A stretch of 64,000 nucleotides of DNA, taken from assembly GCA_009903935.1 (NCBI GenBank), contig WYEG01000044.1, positions 990 through 64,989 of the forward strand, in the 5' to 3' direction. Shown in pieces: positions 53,436-61,686 of this stretch. The position numbers and the translations under genes were made by a program. Position 1 is the stretch's first letter. Each line of letters starts with the position of its first letter. The notes under the pieces are model-generated. The model did not search any database. It was not told the DNA's origin and was given only the letters and a program-made list of their open reading frames with translations. The stretch is from Caldimicrobium sp. (GTDB lineage Bacteria; Desulfobacterota; Thermodesulfobacteria; Thermodesulfobacteriales; Thermodesulfobacteriaceae).

Positions 53436-53544
53436 GCTATCTCCTTATTCACTACCTCAACCTTTAAAGATCCCTCGCTTCGCTCGGGAGGACCAAAACC
53501 ATGCTTTTCTCAGGTAGATATGGGGGTCATGCTATCTCCTTATT
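53433..53544. repeat. Perfect 17-bp direct repeat (CATGCTATCTCCTTATT) at 53433-53449 and 53528-53544
   Basis: Read directly from the sequence. One copy carries the lptB RBS and ATG, and the other carries the lptA stop codon followed by the same ATG. The 78-nt spacer between them contains inverted-repeat elements. Confidence 0.85.
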
Positions 53545-54020
53545 ACCGCTCTAACCCTTCCACCTTTTGATAAAACCTCGCTTCGGTCTTCATTAAAATA
53601 AACTATCACAATATCACCTTCTACGAGGTGGTTCTCATACCAAACCTTCGGCTGGTCCTCTAAAATAAGCTTCTCTTCAGCCTTAAAATAAGTAGCTTTG
53701 CCTGCGCTGGCCTTCCATTTGCCTTTTTCTATACGGACCTTACCAATGGCAACCCCCCTCTGAAGTTCACGCCCTTTCTCACTTTTTGTGTAGTAAACAT
53801 AGAGCTTATCAGCCCAAAGCTTTAGATCCTTTTCTTCCGCATAGACCTTTCCGGTAAAAATGGCTATCCCTTCATCCTCTAAAACCTCCATCTTATCTGC
53901 AGTAATGTTAATATCCCCAGAGATAGCAAGGGTAAAAGACAATAGAGCAAAAAAAGCAATCAACAGGGGTAACAAAGGAACTTTTTTCATCGCTCCATTT
54001 TGATTATAAATCATCCCCAA
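53532..54020 (-). CDS. lptA: LPS transport periplasmic protein LptA (OstA-like)
   Basis: Signal peptide followed by an OstA_N-like beta-jellyroll (ITADKMEVLEDEGIAIFTGKV...). The start is uncertain; the ATG at 53990 gives a classic signal peptide. Confidence 0.7.
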   Translation of the reverse strand: MGMIYNQNGAMKKVPLLPLLIAFFALLSFTLAISGDINITADKMEVLEDEGIAIFTGKVYAEEKDLKLWADKLYVYYTKSEKGRELQRGVAIGKVRIEKGKWKASAGKATYFKAEEKLILEDQPKVWYENHLVEGDIVIVYFNEDRSEVLSKGGRVRAVIRR

Positions 54021-54074
54021 GAAGATAACAAGACTTTACATTGGCTTAGGTTAGAGTAAACTTTGATTTAAACC

Positions 54075-54887
54075 ATGAAAAGGAAAAGCCCGTTTATCCT
54101 AAAGCTATCCTACTTCATCCTTATCCTTGGGCTCCTGTTTGTAGGCATAGAATATATCCTTAAAAATTACTACAAAACGAGCATATGCCCAACCTCTGGC
54201 TGTTTTATAGCTAGCGAGCTCCTTCTCCTTGGGAAAAACTATCTCCTAATCCTTGCCCTCCTTTTTTATACAGCTTTAATATTTCTTTTATTCTTATACC
54301 AAAAAACTGGAGGTAGTCTTTTTAAGAACCTACTTCTATATCTTTTAACCGCAGGTCTAATAGGGGATGCCTATCTGATCTTTTTTCTCTTCATAAACAT
54401 TGCTGAGCCCTGTTGGTTTTGTCTAATAGTGTTTTTTATTACTCTTGCCGGAGCTATTTCCGTCTTGGTCTATCTAAGGGACGAACCCATTACCTCACCC
54501 CATTTTTTAGTAGCTTTGACTTTTGGAATGTTTAGCCTTGCCCTGGGTTTCTACATTTCATCACCATCCCCAATTATCTCAAAAGAAGGTAATGTTAAAA
54601 AAGCAAATTTGATCCTCATCTACTCCCAACACTGTCCGGCCTGTAAAGAAGTCATAGCAGAAAGCGAAAGATTGGGCCTAAAGCTTGAAAAGGTCTCGTT
54701 AAATCAAGCTTATCCCTTAGTAAAAGCTCTAAATCTTAAAAGCCTACCCTGCCTGTTAGAATTTAAAGAGGACAAAATTGAAATTTATACAGGCTTTGAA
54801 GCTGTTAAAAACAGGCTCAATTTAGAAAAAAAACAAAATCCCTGCGTTGAGAACCCCCAAGAAGGAGGTTTGTGTGCCATCCCCTGA
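54075..54887 (+). CDS. Membrane thiol-disulfide oxidoreductase, VKOR-like TM domain fused to thioredoxin-like domain (tentative)
   Basis: About 5 TM helices with a loop Cys pair (CPTSGC), an intramembrane CWFC, and a C-terminal soluble domain with CPAC. This architecture resembles bacterial VKOR-Trx fusions. Confidence 0.4.
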   Translation: MKRKSPFILKLSYFILILGLLFVGIEYILKNYYKTSICPTSGCFIASELLLLGKNYLLILALLFYTALIFLLFLYQKTGGSLFKNLLLYLLTAGLIGDAYLIFFLFINIAEPCWFCLIVFFITLAGAISVLVYLRDEPITSPHFLVALTFGMFSLALGFYISSPSPIISKEGNVKKANLILIYSQHCPACKEVIAESERLGLKLEKVSLNQAYPLVKALNLKSLPCLLEFKEDKIEIYTGFEAVKNRLNLEKKQNPCVENPQEGGLCAIP

Positions 54888-55926
54888 ATTATCTTGCCAA
54901 ACCACCCATATTGGAAGCTTGCCCTTTGAAGATATCGACTCTGCTTTAGCCTATGCCTTTAAGTTTAACATCCCTGCTTGGCCACAGCTTCCAAGATTTA
55001 AATCTGAAGGGATGATCCTTCAGGCTTGCGAGGGGTTGCCCGGATTTATCCCAGAGCTGGAAAGAATTGACCTAACCCATCCTAATTTTGAAGAAGGCTT
55101 GTTTAAAACCCTTGAAGATTATCAAAGGGTCATTACAGATGGGGACGATGAGGTTTTAACCCATTATCTACCTTCGGTACAATCCGCTCGAGCTCTTAGA
55201 CCTTTTGTGGAAAAGGCAAGGCTGTATCCAGGTTCTTGGGTTAAAGGTCAAATTACCGGTCCATTTACCCTTTCTTCAGCCTTGAAAGACCTTGAGGGGC
55301 AAAGCCTAATTTTTATCCCCGACCTTAGAGAGCTCGTTGTCAAATTTTTAACCTTAAAAGCTATTGCCCAAGCTAAGTTGCTTTCCGAAACCGGAAAAGG
55401 GGTCATCATCTTTCTTGATGAACCAGGCTTAGCCGGATTTGGTAGCTCAGGCTTTCTAACGGTCACTAAAGAAGAAGTGATCAGCATGCTAAAAGAGCTT
55501 ATTCAAAATCTCAGACAGAAGGGGTTTCTTACTGGTATTCATGTTTGTGCAAACACCGACTGGGACCTTGTCTTCCAATCCGACCCAGACATAGTAAGCT
55601 TTGATAGTTTTAACTTCTTTGAAAAATTTACCATTTATACCAAAGAACTAAGCCTTTTCTTAAAAGAAAAAGGAAGATTTATCGCCTGGGGATGCGTGCC
55701 AACGGATAAAGAGAATTTAGAAAGGATAAACTTTACCGAAATAGAAAAACGCATCCTTCGCCAATTAGAAGACCTTTCAAGCTTGCTTTCTTATTCTATT
55801 AATGACCTGTTAAAACAAAGTTTATTCACTCCTGCTTGTGGAATGGGAAGCTTATCCAGTGAGAAGGTTGACAAGGTGGTTGAATATTTGCAAAAGGTGC
55901 AGAATATTATAATTAATTTAACTTAA
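54874..55926 (+). CDS. Stand-alone MetE C-terminal (Meth_synt_2)-like zinc methyltransferase domain protein
   Basis: THIGSLPF N-terminal motif, LDEPGLA (compare MetE IDEPAL), GIHVCAN (His-x-Cys) and TPACGMGS (compare MetE DCGLK). The GTG at 54874 lies 5 nt after AAGGAGG. Confidence 0.55.
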   Translation: MPSPELSCQTTHIGSLPFEDIDSALAYAFKFNIPAWPQLPRFKSEGMILQACEGLPGFIPELERIDLTHPNFEEGLFKTLEDYQRVITDGDDEVLTHYLPSVQSARALRPFVEKARLYPGSWVKGQITGPFTLSSALKDLEGQSLIFIPDLRELVVKFLTLKAIAQAKLLSETGKGVIIFLDEPGLAGFGSSGFLTVTKEEVISMLKELIQNLRQKGFLTGIHVCANTDWDLVFQSDPDIVSFDSFNFFEKFTIYTKELSLFLKEKGRFIAWGCVPTDKENLERINFTEIEKRILRQLEDLSSLLSYSINDLLKQSLFTPACGMGSLSSEKVDKVVEYLQKVQNIIINLT

Positions 55927-55943
55927 ATTAGGAGGGTAAAAGC

Positions 55944-56177
55944 ATGGGTATTAGAGCCTACATTCTGATTAACACTCAGATAGGTAAAACTCAGAAGGTA
56001 GTTGAGGAGTTAAGAAACTTTCCTGAAATTAAGAAGCTCGATGTTATAATGGGTCCATATGATATAATAGTTGAGGTTGAGGTCCCAAGCTATGAAAATA
56101 TCTCTAAACTCCTGTTAGAAAAAATTCAGAATATACCAGCCATAAATCATACGATGACCTGCCCCGTAGTAAGCTAA
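55944..56177 (+). CDS. Stand-alone Lrp/AsnC ligand-binding (RAM) domain protein
   Basis: 77 aa. IRAYILINTQIGKTQKVVEELRNFPEIKKLDVIMGPYDIIVEVEV is the typical RAM-domain pattern, with no HTH. Confidence 0.6.
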   Translation: MGIRAYILINTQIGKTQKVVEELRNFPEIKKLDVIMGPYDIIVEVEVPSYENISKLLLEKIQNIPAINHTMTCPVVS

Positions 56178-56792
56178 ATGGACCCCAGCATACTCTTTGA
56201 GAAGGTTTTGGTTCTTAATAAATACTATCAAGCAGTCCACATTACTAACCTACAAAAAGCTATCTGTCATTTAGTAAAAGGAACAGCCTTAGTTATAACG
56301 GAAGATTGGACAACCCATGATTTTACCGAATGGGTTAAAATTAGTGAATTTCACGCAGAAAACGGGGCAAAACAGCGTTTTATTCGGAGCCCTTCCCTAA
56401 AAATCCTTCTTTTTGATGTGATCTACCTTCCTAAGAACGAATCCCTACCTCAAAGCGAGGTTATCTTTACCAGGCAAAACCTCTTTCTAAGGGATAGTTT
56501 TACCTGCCAATACTGTGGAAAACTTTTAAACAATCCGAAGGACCGAACGATTGACCATGTAATCCCAAAGAGCAGAGGAGGAAAAACCGTTTGGTCAAAC
56601 GTGGTTCTCTGCTGTAAAAAGTGCAACCTCAAAAAAGGGAACAGAACCCCTGAGGAAGCAGGTTTAAAATTGATGAAGCAACCTAAGGCTCCAAAGTGGC
56701 AAGCTCTAATCTTGGAAGAATTTCCAAAACATAAAAGAGAAAAGTGGAAAAAATTCCTTAAATTTGCTGGTCTTTTCGAAGAAGATACTTAA
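56178..56792 (+). CDS. HNH endonuclease family protein (204 aa)
   Basis: CQYCGKLL...DHVIPKSRGGKTVWSNVVLCCKKCNLKKGNRTPEE. Its ATG abuts the upstream stop (TAAATG). Confidence 0.7.
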   Translation: MDPSILFEKVLVLNKYYQAVHITNLQKAICHLVKGTALVITEDWTTHDFTEWVKISEFHAENGAKQRFIRSPSLKILLFDVIYLPKNESLPQSEVIFTRQNLFLRDSFTCQYCGKLLNNPKDRTIDHVIPKSRGGKTVWSNVVLCCKKCNLKKGNRTPEEAGLKLMKQPKAPKWQALILEEFPKHKREKWKKFLKFAGLFEEDT

Positions 56793-57262
56793 TTTTCAAA
56801 AAGCTTATTTACATTAAGTAAAAGGAGTAGTCTATCTGGAAGTTGATAGATGTTTTCTATGTAATCTCGGTCAAGTCCTTCTATTCTATCTGGTGTTTCT
56901 TCAAGCTTTGCTACAGGAACCTCCATAATATCGCCTATTTTTTCAACTAAAAAAGATAAAAGCTCATTATCCTTCTTGATGATAAGGTTTAGTCTGTAGT
57001 TTAGGTCGCCTTGGAGCTTTATCTTTTTTTGCAGGTCCATCACGGTTACAATATGTCCCCTTAAGTTCATGATCCCAAGAATGAATTCATCAGCCAAAGG
57101 AACAGGCGTTATCTCTAAGTCCTTGTTAATTTCAACCACCTTTTCTGCAGGGATGCCAAAAATAAAGTCACCGAGGTAAAAAGTGATCAAGGTTAAATGT
57201 TTATCTTTAAGTAAACCCTTTTTCCCCTCCACCAAAGCTAAGGCATTTTTTTTCTCATCCAT
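56789..57262 (-). CDS. cheW: Chemotaxis coupling protein CheW
   Basis: 157-aa single CheW-like domain (FGIPAEKVVEI...GIMNLRGHIVTVMDL). Confidence 0.85.
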   Translation of the reverse strand: MDEKKNALALVEGKKGLLKDKHLTLITFYLGDFIFGIPAEKVVEINKDLEITPVPLADEFILGIMNLRGHIVTVMDLQKKIKLQGDLNYRLNLIIKKDNELLSFLVEKIGDIMEVPVAKLEETPDRIEGLDRDYIENIYQLPDRLLLLLNVNKLFEN

Positions 57263-57267
57263 ACCTT

Positions 57268-58179
57268 TTAGCCTCCTTGGTGTAATCTTTTATAAGTTTC
57301 ATAGGCTAAGTTTAAACATTCTTTAACTTCTAAAGGAAGGTCGATAGGATAGATCACTCTTAGCTTAACTATAAGGTCACCTCTTTTAAGGTCTCCCCTT
57401 TCATAATAATACAATCCACGGGACTTTAGAACAATCTCCTGACTTATTCTTAAATCAGAAGTTGCTAATCTTTCTCGACCCTCTAAGGTTGGAACCTCGA
57501 TAAAGTCTGAAAGTAAAAGTTCCCACACGCTTACGGAATGTTCAAGGATCAGATCTTTACCGACCCTTTTAAAGTTTGGATGATCCTTGATAACTACTTC
57601 CACATAAACATCCTGAGGTAGATTAAACCTATCCCTTGGTAGATAAAGATAATCGCCTTCTTCTAAGCCAAGGGGAAGGTCAACAACCACTCTTAGCTCA
57701 TCCCGAATTGTTCCTCTACCTAAACAGGTAGAGCAAATTACCCTCTGGACCCTACCCCTTCCACCACAGAAGGGACAGGGCACATAAACCTTATCTTTAC
57801 TTCTTGAGCTTAAAGTTTCTATCAGTCCCGTGCCTAAACAATTCCCACAAACCTGACTTTTGCATCTGTCATACCCTGTTCCATCGCAGTCTGGACATTT
57901 CTTTTCTACAGGCAAAACCAAAGTCTTTTGTTTAAGCGTTAAGATTTCCTCTAAGGTAAATTCTTCGCACCGGTAAACATAGTTACCTTGAGAAGGCAAC
58001 CTTTTAACTACTTCCGCTTTAAAATTCTTATCCTTTGCATGCTGTTCAGTATACCAAGCTAAAAACTTAAGAAATTCCTCCTTGTCGCCGCCTAAGTCTG
58101 GATGAAGCGCCTTTAACATTTTCCGGTAAAACCTTTTCAGTTCTTTGTTGTTTTGGCCTGGGGACAAATCTTTAAGCAT
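57268..58179 (-). CDS. DnaJ-like protein: J domain + four CxxCxGxG zinc-finger repeats + DnaJ C-terminal domain, no G/F region
   Basis: HPD motif (KALHPDLGGDKEEF). Zinc-finger repeats CPDCDGTG, CGNCLGTG, CPFCGGRG and CSTCLGRG. 8-nt overlap with the cheA stop. Confidence 0.7.
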   Translation of the reverse strand: MLKDLSPGQNNKELKRFYRKMLKALHPDLGGDKEEFLKFLAWYTEQHAKDKNFKAEVVKRLPSQGNYVYRCEEFTLEEILTLKQKTLVLPVEKKCPDCDGTGYDRCKSQVCGNCLGTGLIETLSSRSKDKVYVPCPFCGGRGRVQRVICSTCLGRGTIRDELRVVVDLPLGLEEGDYLYLPRDRFNLPQDVYVEVVIKDHPNFKRVGKDLILEHSVSVWELLLSDFIEVPTLEGRERLATSDLRISQEIVLKSRGLYYYERGDLKRGDLIVKLRVIYPIDLPLEVKECLNLAYETYKRLHQGG

Positions 58180-60847
58180 GACTTATCCTTTGTTTACTTG
58201 TTTCAAGAAGCTCATTGATAGTGGTTAAGACCTTTTCTCTATCGAGCTTTACTTGATAGGCATTAGCGCCAAGTTCCATAACTTTCTTTTTTATATCTTC
58301 ACCGGCAAGCGAGGTTTGCACAAGAATGGGAAGGTTGGCAAACTGCGGGGTCTTCCGGACCTCGGCAACGAGCGTAAACCCATCCATTACTGGCATCTCA
58401 ATATCGGTAATCAACAGAGAATATTGCTCTGGATTTTGCATAAGCTTTTCCAAAGCAACTTTGCCGTTTTCAGCTACATCAACCTCAAACCCAGCCTGGA
58501 TAAGATAATTCTTAATCAAGTTTTGGAAGAAGGGGGAATCTTCAGCAAGTAATATCCTTACAGGTTCTTCAATAATCTCTTCTTCCTTTCTTTTTACGAC
58601 AAACCATTCAGGGTCAAACATCTCAATTATCTTAAAGATATCAAGGAAAAGAACTGTTCTATCGTGAATGATACGATGACCGATTATTCCCGGCTGTTGA
58701 TAGATAGTTGTGTCTACTTCTAAAGTTGTTTCCAAGGTATCAACTATTCGTGAACAGATGATACCTACTGTCTTTTCCCGTTCAGTAAAGAAAAGAACGC
58801 TTATTTCTTCGCCATACTCAGGGTAGCTAATGGGTAGATAATTTTCAAGCCTTAAAATTGGGATAACCTTACCCTTGTAAAGTAGAACTTCCTTCCCACC
58901 AATTGTAGTGATCTGGTCTGAGTTTACCTTATCAAGCCTTGAAATCACCGCTAAAGGCACGGCAAAGTTGTCTTTACCAACTTCAAATATAAGGATAAAT
59001 TGAGTTTCTTCGATGGTAAGGACCTTTTCTTCTGCTAAGCCCTTCTCCAACTCTTCCAAAGCAACACCGAGCATCTTCATCAGCCCCACGATATCAAGAA
59101 TAAGGGCAAGCTTCCCATCACCCATTATAGTTGCCCCGCTGTAGAGGGGGATGTTCTTAAACCATCTCCCAAGGGGCTTCACTACAATTTCTTCCGAGTC
59201 ATAGATCTGGTCAACAAGGAGCCCAAAGAACCTGTCACCAGCATTGAGGATAACAAGGTTTTTCTCCTGCGACTGCTGTGGACGGTTTAATACTTTAGAT
59301 AGCGAGAGGACCGGGATTATTTCACCCCTAAGTCTATAAAAATCGGTGTTCCCTATCTTTAAAAGGTCCTTTTCCGGGTTTATGGCCACAAGCTCCCTTA
59401 AGCTTACCTGTGGAATGGCAAACCTCTGCCCCTGAGAGGTTACGATTAGAGCTGGAACAATGGCTAAGGTCAAAGGAATTTTTATCCGAACCGTCGTTCC
59501 TTTACCCTTCATTGTGTTTAGCTCGATCGTGCCCCCGAGCTTCTCGATGTTCGTCTTAACCACATCCATTCCCACACCGCGACCGGAAACCTGAGTCACC
59601 TTTTCCGCCGTTGAAAATCCAGGCTTAAAGATAAACGAAAGAATTTCTTTTTCGCTCATCCTTTCAGCTTCACGAGGGTCAAGCAAGCCTTTTTCTATGG
59701 CCTTACGCTTAACCTTCTCAACATCTATACCTCGCCCATCATCTTCTATCTCAATGACAACCTGTCCACCCTCATGATAAGCCCTCATCACAAGCAACCC
59801 TTCTTCGGGTTTGCCGAGGCTTACCCTCTCCTCGGGGGGTTCGATCCCATGGTCGATAGAATTACGCACAAGATGGGTTAACGGGTCCTTTATGGCTTCT
59901 ATGATAGAACGGTCAAGCTCGGTCTCCGTTCCTTCAAGCTTAAGATTGACCTTTTTCCCAAGCTGTCTGCTCAAATCTCGGACAATCCTTGGAAATTTGT
60001 TGAAGACTGTGCCGATAGGTTGCATCCTTGTTTTCATGATGGCTTCTTGAAGCTCCGAGGTAACCATAGATAGGGTCTGAACGCTCCTCTGAAGGTCGGC
60101 ATCATGGAACTTGCTCGCAAGCTGCACAACCCTATTCCTTGCAAGCACAAGCTCTCCGGCTAAATTCATAAGCTGGTCTAAAAGATGAACATCTACCTTA
60201 ACATGGGTCTCTGTAAGCTCTTTTGTGGGTAAAACTGCAGAAGTATCTTGAGGTTTATCTTTAGGTTTTTCTTCCTTTTCTACCTCTTTAACTGGTGTAG
60301 CTACAACCTCTGGAGCTTCTTCTTTTATCTCCTCTTTGGCTTCTTCTTTTATAAATTCATGTTCAGGTTTTTCTTCTGCGGTTTTTTCTGCTTCGATTTT
60401 TTCTATCTTCGGTTCTTCAGGCTCCTTTTTCTCCTCCTTCCCCTCGATCCTCTTTTTAAGCTTCTCCGTAAAGTTTGAAAGAGAAACAATAAACTCCAAG
60501 ACCCTATCGTCAATCGGTTCTTGTTTATGTTCCTCTAAGTGGGCAACGATGTATTTTATCTGATCCACTGCCTGCAAAAGCATGTCAATTATTTCTGGCT
60601 CAGGTTTAAGAAGACCATCCCTAAGTTTTGCCAAAATATCTTCAGAAAAATGGGCTATAGATTCCAGGCTTTTAAAACCAAAAAATCCTGAAGCCCCTTT
60701 TAGAGAGTGCATCGTGCGAAAGAGGCTCTTTAAGATTTCTACATTTTCAGGGTCCTTCTCTAACTCAACAAACTCCTCTTCAAGCTTACTAATCCCTTCT
60801 TTAGCTTCAACCAAAAAATCTTTGAGAATTTCCTCATCAAGGTTCAT
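58172..60847 (-). CDS. cheA: Chemotaxis histidine kinase CheA with two CheW-like domains and a C-terminal receiver
   Basis: Hpt (HSLKGASGFFG), K/E-rich linker, dimerisation and HATPase domains (DDGRGID, GRGVGMDVV), two CheW-like segments, then REC (ILLAEDSPF...DIEMPVMDG). Confidence 0.9.
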   Translation of the reverse strand: MNLDEEILKDFLVEAKEGISKLEEEFVELEKDPENVEILKSLFRTMHSLKGASGFFGFKSLESIAHFSEDILAKLRDGLLKPEPEIIDMLLQAVDQIKYIVAHLEEHKQEPIDDRVLEFIVSLSNFTEKLKKRIEGKEEKKEPEEPKIEKIEAEKTAEEKPEHEFIKEEAKEEIKEEAPEVVATPVKEVEKEEKPKDKPQDTSAVLPTKELTETHVKVDVHLLDQLMNLAGELVLARNRVVQLASKFHDADLQRSVQTLSMVTSELQEAIMKTRMQPIGTVFNKFPRIVRDLSRQLGKKVNLKLEGTETELDRSIIEAIKDPLTHLVRNSIDHGIEPPEERVSLGKPEEGLLVMRAYHEGGQVVIEIEDDGRGIDVEKVKRKAIEKGLLDPREAERMSEKEILSFIFKPGFSTAEKVTQVSGRGVGMDVVKTNIEKLGGTIELNTMKGKGTTVRIKIPLTLAIVPALIVTSQGQRFAIPQVSLRELVAINPEKDLLKIGNTDFYRLRGEIIPVLSLSKVLNRPQQSQEKNLVILNAGDRFFGLLVDQIYDSEEIVVKPLGRWFKNIPLYSGATIMGDGKLALILDIVGLMKMLGVALEELEKGLAEEKVLTIEETQFILIFEVGKDNFAVPLAVISRLDKVNSDQITTIGGKEVLLYKGKVIPILRLENYLPISYPEYGEEISVLFFTEREKTVGIICSRIVDTLETTLEVDTTIYQQPGIIGHRIIHDRTVLFLDIFKIIEMFDPEWFVVKRKEEEIIEEPVRILLAEDSPFFQNLIKNYLIQAGFEVDVAENGKVALEKLMQNPEQYSLLITDIEMPVMDGFTLVAEVRKTPQFANLPILVQTSLAGEDIKKKVMELGANAYQVKLDREKVLTTINELLETSKQRISHA

Positions 60848-60863
60848 GGCTTACCCCCTTGGT

Positions 60864-61685
60864 TTAACCCTTTTTCTTATAAAAGATTGTTTTCCCAATC
60901 ATTACCTTTTCCATGTCAGGTGGAGTATAAGGCGGAAGCTCCGTTGCCCCTAACAATAGATAGCCTAAAGGATTGAGCGCATTCCATAGAGTTCTAAAAA
61001 CCTTCTCCTTCGTCTCCTTAGCAAAGTATATCAAAACATACCTACATAGTATTAGGTCAAACTTCATCCTTATTTTTTTATCCGCCTCAAGAAGGTTTAC
61101 TACTTCAAATTTAACCATAGATTTTACTCTTGGGTCGACCTCCCAGTTGGCTCCATTCTGTTTGAAATACTTAACAAGATATTGCACAGGAAGCCCCCTG
61201 TTTACCTCTATTTGATTATAAACACCCTTTTTAGCCTTTTCAATAGCTGAAATGGAAATATCCGTTGCATAGATGTTAACCTTAACGCTGTTTAAATAGG
61301 CAGAAAAGTGTTCAAGGATCAACATGGCAATGCTATAAGGCTCTTGTCCCGTTGAACAGGCTGATGACCAGATGTTGAGCACCCCATCCTTTTGCCTTAG
61401 CTTAAAAAGCTCAGGCAATACATTGTTTTTTAGCGCCACAAAAGGGTGCTCATCCCTAAAAAAGTAGGTTTCGTTCGTGGTCAAGGCATCGATAAGTTGA
61501 GTAAGGAGCTGAGGAGTTAGAGAAGTCTTAAGCTTTTGGTAAAGGTCGTCTATGCTTTTATAACCCAAGGATACGGCAAGCTCGGTAAGCCTACTTTCCA
61601 ATAGGTATTCTTTACCCTCCCGGTAGGAGATTCCGCTTGTCTTTTCTAAAAGGGTGGTAAAAAAGTTGAAAATCTCTGGCTTCAT
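60864..61685 (-). CDS. cheR: Chemotaxis protein methyltransferase CheR
   Basis: TNETYFFRD, IWSSACSTGQEPYS and the SAM-binding fold. Confidence 0.9.
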   Translation of the reverse strand: MKPEIFNFFTTLLEKTSGISYREGKEYLLESRLTELAVSLGYKSIDDLYQKLKTSLTPQLLTQLIDALTTNETYFFRDEHPFVALKNNVLPELFKLRQKDGVLNIWSSACSTGQEPYSIAMLILEHFSAYLNSVKVNIYATDISISAIEKAKKGVYNQIEVNRGLPVQYLVKYFKQNGANWEVDPRVKSMVKFEVVNLLEADKKIRMKFDLILCRYVLIYFAKETKEKVFRTLWNALNPLGYLLLGATELPPYTPPDMEKVMIGKTIFYKKKG

Positions 61686-61686
61686 C

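Noticed and set aside
53510-53530. Six-codon ORF (MTPIST) opened by the duplicated lptB start sequence
   Set aside because: It is most simply a by-product of the 17-bp duplication. It is too short to evaluate as a gene, although it might still be translated as a coupling uORF.
60248-60478. Extremely Phe-rich 76-aa plus-strand ORF (MRFIFRFFFLFYLF...)
   Set aside because: It is the antisense reading of the K/E-rich (AAG/GAA-rich) linker of cheA, so it is an artefact of codon repetition and not a gene.
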